From Planctopirus limnophila DSM 3776 (GTDB lineage: Bacteria > Planctomycetota > Planctomycetia > Planctomycetales > Planctomycetaceae): DNA of 32,000 nt. Position 1 is the first letter of the stretch; the number at the start of each line of letters is the position of its first letter. The stretch spans positions 3,630,001 to 3,662,000 of the forward strand of contig NC_014148.1 in assembly GCF_000092105.1 (NCBI RefSeq). The letters are read 5' to 3'. A program made the translations under genes and the position numbers. Below, piece after piece: positions 10,001 to 16,718 of this stretch. The notes beneath the pieces are model-generated. The model saw only the letters and a program-made list of their open reading frames with translations, had not been told where the DNA came from and ran no database searches.

Positions 10001-11549
10001 GCTTCTCGCCTTGAGTCAGCGGATGGGGCTGAATGTGCTCGAAAAGTATTCCGGCGAACTGGCTGCACAGTTTCTCGCTAAGGTGAAAGACGCCAAACTG
10101 CCCGAAGCAGAACGACTGGCGGCCGCCCGCGATTCAATTGCACTCCTTCCCACCAATGCCGAGATTGCTGGCCAGCTCCTGGATCAGCTTTCGGTCAAGT
10201 CAACTCCGCAGTTGACCAATGGGATTCTGTCTGCACTCACGGCTTCCGAATCGCCCATGACAGGTGTGGCCCTGATCAATCATCTGGGAAGCATTACTCC
10301 CGGTTCACGTCCGCAGGCTTTGCGCATGCTGCTCGCTCGCAACGACTGGACACTTTCGCTCCTTGAAGCCAGTCAGGCCGGCAAACTGAGTCTGGGTGAA
10401 TTGCCACTCGATCAGCAGCAGTCTCTGGCAGCTCATCCCGATGCTAAAATTCAGAAACTAGCTCGCGAAATTCTCGCCAAGGGCGGTGGCCTGGCCAGTG
10501 CTGACCGGCAGGCGGTGATTGATCAACTCGATCATGTGACGAAAGAGACGGGCGATCCTGTCGCAGGGAAGCTGATCTATACTCAGCAGTGTGCCAAGTG
10601 CCACGTCTATGGTGATCTGGGTCAAAAAGTCGGGCCGAATCTGACAGGGATGTCGGTGCATCCGAAGCATGAGTTACTGGTGCATATTCTTGACCCGAGC
10701 CGCAGTGTCGAAGGGAACTATCGGGCCTATTCCGTGGTGCTGGAAGATGGTCGTGTCTTTACAGGCCTGCTCGCTTCGGAAACAAGAACCACCATTGAAT
10801 TGCTCGATGCCGAAGGTAAGCCTCAATCGATTCAGCGGGACGAGATCGAAGAACTCGTTGCTTCGACGAAATCGTTGATGCCGGAAGGCTTCGAGAAGCA
10901 GATCACTCCCGCCGGGATGCGCGATCTGCTGGAGTTCCTCAAGCAGCCCGGGAAGTATCTCCCCCTGCCACTGGAGAAGTTTGCCACCATCAATACGACT
11001 CGGGGAATGTTCTACAGTGCGGATGCTCAGGCAGAACGGCTGATCCTGGAGAACTATGCCCCCCGCAATGTGGGCGATGTTCCCTTTGCATTCGTTGACC
11101 CGAAGGGTGCAGCCACACCCAATGCCATCATGCTCTACAGTGCGAATGGCAAGTTCCCTCCCGAAATGCCGAAGCAAGTCACATTGCCTTGTGGCCTTAA
11201 GGTGAAGACGATTCACCTGTTGGGTGGCGTGGGTGGCTGGGCCTTCCCTGCTTCGGAAAAAGGGACCACCTCGATGATTGTCCGGCTGAAGTACAGCGAT
11301 GGTTCGACTGAAGATCACAAGCTGATCAATGGAGAACACATTGCTGACTACATCCGCCGGGTGGATGTCCCTCAATCGACCTTTGCCTTCTCGGCTCGTG
11401 GGCAGCAGTTGCGCACCGTCTCGATTAACTGCGGCAAAGACCTCCCTCTGGAGACAATTGAACTCATCAAAGGAAACGACGGGACAGCCCCTGTGGTCAT
11501 GGCCGTCACACTGGAGATGGGACAGCAACCTGCCGCCAAAAAGGAATAA
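7038..11549 (+). CDS. secreted 1503-aa multidomain protein: ThuA-like domain + PVC-type membrane-bound dehydrogenase domain + HEAT-like repeats + PVC-type cytochrome c (heme-binding) domain + unassigned C-terminal domain
   Basis: Signal peptide MLASLLLASLVLMNWPTQTLGA. ThuA-like NVLFLGDKGHHQP...ALVVYANID...YVQNGGGFVPLHCASFCF...RVFYTAWGHD. Dehydrogenase-domain motif LKLFAADPELGGKPIAFNWDEAGRLWVCETMDYPNE. A long Ala/Leu-rich helical repeat region. CAKCH followed by LLVHILDPSRSVEGNYRAYSVVLEDGRVFTGLLASETRTTIELLDAEGK...SLMPEGF, typical of the Pirellula/Verrucomicrobium-type heme-binding domain. Confidence 0.9.
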   Translation: MRQLMNFSQRMLASLLLASLVLMNWPTQTLGAENVPLNVLFLGDKGHHQPQARFNDLQPALAKRGINLTYTEDPGVLSAAGLAPYKALVVYANIDKITPEQETALIEYVQNGGGFVPLHCASFCFRNSPKYVALVGAQFSKHGTGVVETRLEAIDHPILKGFSGFKSWDETYRHSMHNPMGRTVLEYHPLSADELKKDPKALAEEPWTWVRNEGKGRVFYTAWGHDGRTFSNPGFQNLVERGIRWAAKDESTVPEYKEKASFQPPAMTAIKPSAASFEYIDVGSKIPNYVAGAQWGKQEKPLSLMQLPLPPEKSLEHYVSPEGSQLKLFAADPELGGKPIAFNWDEAGRLWVCETMDYPNELQPKGKGRDRIRIVSDTNNDGVADRFDIFAEGLSIPTAIVCVRGGAIVQDGPETIFLKDTNGDGKADVRKLLISGWAIGDTHGGVSNFLYGLDNWIWAMQGYNDSQPILTNGQAAGRFKQGFFRFKVSVSADGLPEVNELEFIRSTNNNTWGLGISEDGLIFGSTANHNPSVYMPIPNRYYEQVRGWAARGLGTIADTHLFKPITTKIRQVDHHGGYTAGCGHALYTARNYPESWWNRTAFVCGPTGHLVGTFVLTQNGTDFSSTSPNNLVASDDEWAAPIMAEVGPDGNMWILDWYNYIVQHNPTPAGFKTGKGNAYETDLRDKKHGRIFRLIWNNRPGAVTADQSTTRSLAGADPQTLVKALEDNNFFWRKQAQRLLVEQQDQSVAPALLARLGEHHVDAIGLDPGAIHSAWTLKGLGQLESLSDPATVKAVTAGLTHPSAAVRRNVIQTLPPVPMTPSLIAKTHVATDEEPLVRLAAFLALSDAPATSESATIIAGALRDPAVFADRYLPEALTAAAARNDVLVIEALAEKTAQTTPSQTPLAGPALELLKRVAEHSARSDKSESGSAMLAQISKMPQDAAEAIIAGLSTGWPRKSTEAANATPEQVEAITKLYREVSPASRSQLLALSQRMGLNVLEKYSGELAAQFLAKVKDAKLPEAERLAAARDSIALLPTNAEIAGQLLDQLSVKSTPQLTNGILSALTASESPMTGVALINHLGSITPGSRPQALRMLLARNDWTLSLLEASQAGKLSLGELPLDQQQSLAAHPDAKIQKLAREILAKGGGLASADRQAVIDQLDHVTKETGDPVAGKLIYTQQCAKCHVYGDLGQKVGPNLTGMSVHPKHELLVHILDPSRSVEGNYRAYSVVLEDGRVFTGLLASETRTTIELLDAEGKPQSIQRDEIEELVASTKSLMPEGFEKQITPAGMRDLLEFLKQPGKYLPLPLEKFATINTTRGMFYSADAQAERLILENYAPRNVGDVPFAFVDPKGAATPNAIMLYSANGKFPPEMPKQVTLPCGLKVKTIHLLGGVGGWAFPASEKGTTSMIVRLKYSDGSTEDHKLINGEHIADYIRRVDVPQSTFAFSARGQQLRTVSINCGKDLPLETIELIKGNDGTAPVVMAVTLEMGQQPAAKKE
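10590..10604 (+). other. CxxCH heme c attachment motif (CAKCH) inside the giant ORF
   Basis: tgt gcc aag tgc cac is in frame with the 7038 start (codons 1185-1189). Confidence 0.8.
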
Positions 11550-11615
11550 GTTTCCACAAAGGAGCTGATGGATTCGTCATCAACCTTGGCGAGACTCGCT
11601 TACGTTCTGCCGCGG

Positions 11616-11650
11616 AATCCCGTTCTCAAAGCGAGAACGGGATTTTTTGT
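11616..11650 (+). terminator. rho-independent terminator of the giant ORF
   Basis: Perfect 12-bp stem aatcccgttctc / gagaacgggatt (11616-11627 and 11633-11644), loop aaagc, followed by ttttgt. It lies 67 nt after the stop codon. Confidence 0.75.
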
Positions 11651-11924
11651 TGTGATGTGCTGATCTCATGTGGCCGCGAGTCGGAAGCAGAGGCTTTATG
11701 AGGTGATTGGCACACGGGACAGAGCTTAAGGAACGATGTCCAGAAATCTGGTATCATCGATCCAATCGCTACATTCTTCCAAGGTGGAAAGATCAATCTT
11801 AAGAGTGAGCAGCCGCTTGATGAGCACAGTCACTCAAAGAGTTGAGGAAGCTTCTTCCCGAGGCATTTCCACCGGCTAAGCTGTGAACGAATCACCAGTC
11901 AACCCTTTGAAGAAACGTAATTGA

Positions 11925-12260
11925 ATGCTGAAGAGGTTTTTCCGTAACTACCTTTCGCGACATCGAGATCCAGTCAATATTGTTCTGCATGTCGTGGGGC
12001 TGCCACTCACCTTTGTGGCCCCTGTTGTGTGGCTGGTGAATGGTGGAGAACTGGTGAGCGCCTGGAGCCTCTTTTTGACAGGGTACGCACTGCAGTTCAC
12101 TGGACATGCGTGGGAGGGGAACGACCCTGGCGAAGTGATTGTTGTGAGGAAAATGCGGGGTATACCGTTCGTAGAGGTTGCTCCTCAGAAGCCTGATGAA
12201 GCGACACAGTTTTCAAACAAGTTCGCAGCAGCAAGCGACGATAGACCCAACGACCAATAG
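11925..12260 (+). CDS. small membrane protein, DUF962 / Mpo1-like
   Basis: 111 aa. HRDPVNIVLHVVGLPLTF...LTGYALQFTGHAWEGNDPG resembles the conserved His/Gln-x-x-GH-x-x-EGN core of DUF962 proteins. Assignment is from memory of the motif only. Confidence 0.65.
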   Translation: MLKRFFRNYLSRHRDPVNIVLHVVGLPLTFVAPVVWLVNGGELVSAWSLFLTGYALQFTGHAWEGNDPGEVIVVRKMRGIPFVEVAPQKPDEATQFSNKFAAASDDRPNDQ

Positions 12261-12417
12261 CAGAGGCATGCATTTGGGGGTTTGATCCACACTCGCTGTG
12301 GATTGCCGGATGAAGGGTGGAACCCTTGATCCGCAGGCTGCATTTGCAGCCTTCATCGATGATTGGAAGGAGCCAATCGTCAGCCCCAGACATGCATGAT
12401 GGCAAGGGAGCCTCTTC

Positions 12418-14475
12418 ATGCCGTGGCAACGTTGGAAAAAATCGATCGCATTGGCTTTGACGGCAGTTCTACTGCCAGGTTGCTCAGGAACAAACAGAAA
12501 TGTTTCGTATCTGGGTGATGCAGAGCTGAACTACTACAAGAACGCTTCGCTGACGACCGAGTACGCTGCGGTTGATCAGGCGACTCCGCTTGATATCGTC
12601 AATTCGGATCGTCCGCGAACGATTCGGGATCGTACTCAGGACGAAATCTGGGATCTCTCCTTGATGGAGTCGATCCACATGTCCATTGCCAATAACAAGA
12701 TGATTCGAACCAGGGCACAGTTCCTTGCTCAGAGTCAACTGCTGGTGAACCCGGCTCTGGCACCTTCGATTTATGACCCTGCTTTGAGGCAGACTGGCTT
12801 CCTCTTTGGCACACGTGGTGTCGAAGCAGCACTGGCTGACTTCGATACTCAGTTCACCAGTTCGATGCTCTGGGGACGTAACGAAACCATTGCCAACAGT
12901 TCCTTCGGAACTTCCCCGCTGTTCGGACTTTCCCAGGAAACCGGTAATTTTAATGCGGCTTTGCAGAAGACGATGGCGAATGGTGGCACCGTCACTTTAA
13001 ACCACAGTATGAATTACCTGGGGACCAATCAGCCCTTCACCACGTATCCATCGAGTTATACGGGTTCGGCGAATATTAACTACACGCTCCCCTTGTGGGG
13101 TGGTTCGGGCGTGGAATACACACGCATTGCCGGGCCGAGTGGTGGTGGTTTAGGCGCGATTACCGGTGTTTCTCAAGGTGTGGTCATTGCCCGCATTAAC
13201 GAAGATATCGCTCTGGCCGATTTCGAAAACTCCGTGATCAATATGGTCAGGGATGTGGAAGATCTGTATTGGGATCTGTACCTGGCTTACCGGCAGTACG
13301 ATGCCGATGTGGCCAACCGCGACAGCTCACTCCGATCATGGCGGGAAGTGAAAGCGCGGATGGAAGTCGGTGCAACGGGTGGTAACGCTGCTGCCGAAGC
13401 CCAGGCCCGCGAAAACTATTTCGATACTCGCGCCCGTGTCGAGAACTCACTGGCCAGTATTTATGATCTCGAAAACCAGTTCCGCCGCCTGATTGGCCTG
13501 GGTGTGAATGATGGCCGCATCATCCGGCCTGCCGACAGTCCCGTCGAAGGTGAGTATCTCGTCAACTGGGAAACCAGCCTGACAGAAGCATTGGTTCGCC
13601 GTGTCGAATTGCGTCGGCAGAAGTGGCAGATCAAGAGTCTGGAACTGCAGACCATTGCCGCCAAGAGCCTGACGAATCCTCAATTGAATTTTGTGTCTCA
13701 GTATGGCCTGAATGCTTTTGGAAACAAACTCATCTCTGAGCAGACGTCCAACTACAACAGTGCCTACGGAACCATGAAAGATCGGGATCTCGAAAACTGG
13801 ACCTTGGGCTTTCAGCTCTCCATGCCCATCGGGTTCCGCCAGGCTTATGCCCAGTTGCGGAACACCGAACTGCAACTGACCAAGGCCCGTGCGGCACTGG
13901 CCACTCAGGAACAGGATATTTCTCATGAGTTGGCAAACGCGATTCAAAAACTCGAAACAGCGTTTGTGACCGCCCGTACAAACCTCGATCGGCGTATTGC
14001 TTCAGCCCGCCGGGTAGAAGCCACACAGGCCGAATATGAAGCGGGTGTCCGCGATGCCACACTTGACCTGGTGCTGCGGGCTCAGGCCAGCCAGGCACTT
14101 GCTGAAATTGCGTTGTTCACCAGTCTGGTCAATTACAATAAAGCGATTAACGATCTGAACTATCGCAAGGGGACAATTCTCGACAATTCGAATATCAGCC
14201 TGGGCGAAGGCGAATGGACATACGAAGCCCAGCAGCAGGCACTTCAGAAAGCCTGGGCACGCAGTTACGCCTTCCGCAATCCTTTGCTCAAGGCCAGCCC
14301 CGAAGATTTTTCCTCCCCTGTGCCTTACCCCAAAACAGATCTCACCTGGCAAGGGATCAATGGGGATGATGGGTTAATTCCACAGCCAGCACCAGCCGGT
14401 GCAACCATTCCACCAGCACCTGGGATGGAACAACCAGTGGCACCAGTTGTGCCACCGCTAGATGAGACCCCATAA
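12418..14475 (+). CDS. TolC-family outer membrane efflux lipoprotein with a Pro-rich C-terminal tail
   Basis: Lipobox LLPGC near the N-terminus. Two OEP-type repeats (DLYWDLYLAYRQYDA..., LTEALVRRVELRRQKWQIKSLELQTIAAKSLTNPQLNFVSQYGLN..., ELQLTKARAALATQEQDI...). GGGAG Shine-Dalgarno 9 nt upstream of the ATG. The tail reads PQPAPAGATIPPAPGMEQPVAPVVPPLDETP. Confidence 0.85.
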   Translation: MPWQRWKKSIALALTAVLLPGCSGTNRNVSYLGDAELNYYKNASLTTEYAAVDQATPLDIVNSDRPRTIRDRTQDEIWDLSLMESIHMSIANNKMIRTRAQFLAQSQLLVNPALAPSIYDPALRQTGFLFGTRGVEAALADFDTQFTSSMLWGRNETIANSSFGTSPLFGLSQETGNFNAALQKTMANGGTVTLNHSMNYLGTNQPFTTYPSSYTGSANINYTLPLWGGSGVEYTRIAGPSGGGLGAITGVSQGVVIARINEDIALADFENSVINMVRDVEDLYWDLYLAYRQYDADVANRDSSLRSWREVKARMEVGATGGNAAAEAQARENYFDTRARVENSLASIYDLENQFRRLIGLGVNDGRIIRPADSPVEGEYLVNWETSLTEALVRRVELRRQKWQIKSLELQTIAAKSLTNPQLNFVSQYGLNAFGNKLISEQTSNYNSAYGTMKDRDLENWTLGFQLSMPIGFRQAYAQLRNTELQLTKARAALATQEQDISHELANAIQKLETAFVTARTNLDRRIASARRVEATQAEYEAGVRDATLDLVLRAQASQALAEIALFTSLVNYNKAINDLNYRKGTILDNSNISLGEGEWTYEAQQQALQKAWARSYAFRNPLLKASPEDFSSPVPYPKTDLTWQGINGDDGLIPQPAPAGATIPPAPGMEQPVAPVVPPLDETP

Positions 14476-14535
14476 AGGCTGATCCTGGCAAAATCCAGTG
14501 TGATTTCACCAGAAAACAACCAACGGATAACTCAA

Positions 14536-14575
14536 GCAGGGCCGGCCGAATGCAAGAACATTCGACCGGCCCTGC
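14536..14575. terminator. strong hairpin between convergent genes (TolC-like gene and Csp-like gene), probable bidirectional terminator
   Basis: 17-bp stem with one mismatch (gcagggccggccgaatg / cattcgaccggccctgc), 6-nt loop, followed by aattttcg on the plus strand. Confidence 0.6.
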
Positions 14576-14611
14576 AATTTTCGTTACGGACTTTACCTTA
14601 CAGAGCTCTGA

Positions 14612-15019
14612 TTACTTACCGAGCATCTTGGCACAGGCCTTGGCACACTTGGCGCACATCTCAGCGCATTCCTTACAGCAGGCCTTCGAACTCTTTTCGC
14701 ACATTTTCACGCAGTCCAGGCAGGTCTGTTCGCAAAGAGCACAGGCCGCTTTCCAGTTGGGATTCTTCGTCTCAACCATTCCAGCGCAAACAGTGCACAT
14801 CGACGAGCAGATCTCGCAACAGGCCGCACATTCTGGACGATCTTTCTTGCAACACTCAATGCAGTCTGCACACACAGCAGCACATTCGCGGCAGTGCTTG
14901 GCACAACTGTCTTCAGCGTTGAGAGCTTCGGCAGCACCCATCGAAATGCCTCCCGCACTTAATGCAGCCACAGCAGCCATCGCACCCAGCATAGAATTCA
15001 AAGCCATACGACGATTCAT
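14612..15019 (-). CDS. Tat-signal, cysteine-rich four-helix-bundle protein (Csp / DUF326 copper-storage-like)
   Basis: Track ORF 14612..15064. The ATG at 15019 has a GAGAGGA Shine-Dalgarno 6-8 nt upstream and yields MNRRMALNSMLGAMAAVAALSAGG, a twin-arginine type signal. The mature part of about 100 aa carries 24 Cys in heptad-like CxxxCxxC spacing over four predicted helices (CAKHCRECAAVCADCIECC / ECAACCEICSSMCTVC / CALCEQTCLDCVKMC / CCKECAEMCAKCAKAC), as in B. subtilis YhjQ/Csp3 and methanotroph Csp1. Confidence 0.8.
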   Translation of the reverse strand: MNRRMALNSMLGAMAAVAALSAGGISMGAAEALNAEDSCAKHCRECAAVCADCIECCKKDRPECAACCEICSSMCTVCAGMVETKNPNWKAACALCEQTCLDCVKMCEKSSKACCKECAEMCAKCAKACAKMLGK

Positions 15020-15120
15020 GATCAATCCTCTCGAAAAGGGAGCAAAACACATTTGGAAAAACAACTTGTAAAAACAGATATGTCATTCTTTTCTCAGGAA
15101 ACAACAGCGCGATGCTGATT

Positions 15121-15153
15121 ACTAAAACATGCTTGCCCAGAGCTGCGAGCATG
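15121..15153 (-). terminator. hairpin plus T-run downstream of the 15368..15898 gene; copy 1 of a repeated hairpin element
   Basis: 9-bp stem catgcttgc / gcgagcatg (15128-15136 and 15145-15153, one G-U pair) with an 8-nt loop. On the minus strand it is followed by TTTTAGT. It is nearly identical to the hairpin at 23285-23310. Confidence 0.55.
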
Positions 15154-15367
15154 GCACACATGGCACTATTTTTCTTAAGAAGAGCATCTGTGCACAGCAT
15201 TCAGCAGAATGCCGGTGCAATTCGATTCAGCACCCACAGAGCCTGATTGGCCACAGGAATTCAGGCACACTCTCGTGACTCAAAAGATCTCTCAATCGAT
15301 GAGCAGCGGACGCACAAACAGCGTGCCCGAAGAACTTGTGAGAGCCTGCCAATCAGCTACGAGAATC

Positions 15368-15898
15368 TCAACATTGCCACGAGCAATGGAGAATCTGCCG
15401 ATCAGGGGGCATGGCATGGGGCAAATCCCAAGGATTCATCACCCGGAAAGAATGCTGTTTACCACAAGGCCACACATCACTGGGAACGGCCAGCCAGGTA
15501 ATGATGGCGCTGAAATCAGTAACTCGAAAGTTGCAGGTTTCAGCCATGATCGCGCGATCAGGATCAGCCGCTTCGATCATCGGGCAGGGACGATCTTTAT
15601 TGATCAGACCATAAGGATCCAGGCAGCAATGCAGCCGAACGAGACGTGCGGATGGACTGGCTGTGCTGGCGTCCTTCGTCGGCACAACGTCATGACAGGT
15701 CAAATTTTTTGACTGACAGCAGGCCGGGAGTGCCTCATGCGGCATCTGAGCAATAGAGCTCTTTGAAGTTTCCGCAGAACTCTCGTTTTGAGCAGATTCG
15801 ATTTGAGAAGTCACACAGCAACGAGTCAACAGCAGCCCCGGGACAAACCCGGAACTGAATTGCAGCAGACAGAGAGTGACAGCCAGAAATCGAAGCAT
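15368..15898 (-). CDS. hypothetical secreted Cys-containing protein
   Basis: Track ORF 15368..15916 starts at a TTG. The ATG at 15898 gives a signal-peptide-like MLRFLAVTLCLLQFSSGFVPGLLL. It contains paired cysteines (RCC, ACC, HCC). No family recognised. The overlapping plus-strand ORF 15209..15712 looks no better, so coding status is uncertain. Confidence 0.45.
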   Translation of the reverse strand: MLRFLAVTLCLLQFSSGFVPGLLLTRCCVTSQIESAQNESSAETSKSSIAQMPHEALPACCQSKNLTCHDVVPTKDASTASPSARLVRLHCCLDPYGLINKDRPCPMIEAADPDRAIMAETCNFRVTDFSAIITWLAVPSDVWPCGKQHSFRVMNPWDLPHAMPPDRQILHCSWQC

Positions 15899-16055
15899 CT
15901 GAAACCTGAATCTCAATGTTGTTGAGAATCGTTTTCGAGAACATCACAAAAACTGTTATCAGTCTTTGCTCAGGCCAAGTATACGACGATGCAGCGAGTC
16001 TGGCGAGATGTGTTTGGCAAAGATCCGGCGCAGGTTCAAAACCCTTACAAAGAAA

Positions 16056-16616
16056 TCAGACTTCCAGTTCGGCTGGAGCAATCAGGAGAGCAGTCTCGAC
16101 AGATCCTGCGTATTGCGGCAATTCACAGCGGGTCGCTCGCCAGCCGGAATGCACAATCGCTCCGGTAAAAGGCGGCCCACCTTCGACTTTGCCAGTCACT
16201 TTCCACAGACGGGCCTGAGTCGCATCAATGGTCACGCGACTCCCTTCTTCCCGCGACTCCACTCGTTCGAGAGCAAAAACTCGCTTAACGACCGTGCGAC
16301 AATCGCGGTGGATATCCCGGGCAACAGCCCCAATCTGGGCATCATCAAAGCCGCCAAGATCTTCCTGCAGGAAATCGACAAAACGTGCCTCGCGCTGCAG
16401 CATCGAGAGGAATGTCACCGCTGGGTTCTGCGACGGCTCAACCACCGGAGACCGCGCAGGTGGAGTCGCCTGAGGAACGCTCGTCTCACGGGCTGTTGGT
16501 GCCGGCAATGACGCAGCGACATTTTTCCCCCCCAGCGCCTCTTCAACCAAGGCGGCTTTCTGATCATTGAAGAGTGTGCCAAAGAAGGCTCGAAATGCTG
16601 TTCCCAGGTGGATCAT
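16056..16616 (-). CDS. DUF2760 domain protein
   Basis: Track ORF 16056..16667. The ATG at 16616 is preceded by AAGGAG 6 nt upstream. The C-terminal half LQREARFVDFLQEDLGGFDDAQIGAVARDIHRDCRTVVKRVFALERV...GSRVTI...VTGKVEGGPPFTGAIVHSGWRA...LP...LIAPAELEV matches my recollection of the DUF2760 consensus. Confidence 0.75.
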   Translation of the reverse strand: MIHLGTAFRAFFGTLFNDQKAALVEEALGGKNVAASLPAPTARETSVPQATPPARSPVVEPSQNPAVTFLSMLQREARFVDFLQEDLGGFDDAQIGAVARDIHRDCRTVVKRVFALERVESREEGSRVTIDATQARLWKVTGKVEGGPPFTGAIVHSGWRATRCELPQYAGSVETALLIAPAELEV

Positions 16617-16718
16617 GACTGCTCCTTCATTTCCTATCTCTTGAGGCTCGCAGTTTTCCGAACTCAACGATCAATTGATGAGCCGTCCAGAACACCTGAC
16701 AAAACAATCGGTTGCAGT

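Noticed and set aside
10674-11528. Long antisense ORFs inside recognisable genes: 10674..11528(-), 8907..9473(-), 6001..6555(-), 13447..13947(-), 14550..15071(+), 17292..17996(+), 19226..19915(-), 21578..22207(-)
   Set aside because: Each lies entirely opposite a gene with clear family motifs. Their translations are low-complexity and Arg/Gly/Ser-rich with no motifs. Long open antisense frames are expected at this GC content and codon bias.
15209-15712. ORF 15209..15712(+), an alternative to the minus-strand gene 15368..15898
   Set aside because: It has no signal, motif or ribosome-binding site. The minus-strand frame at least has a signal peptide and a downstream terminator. Both remain low confidence.
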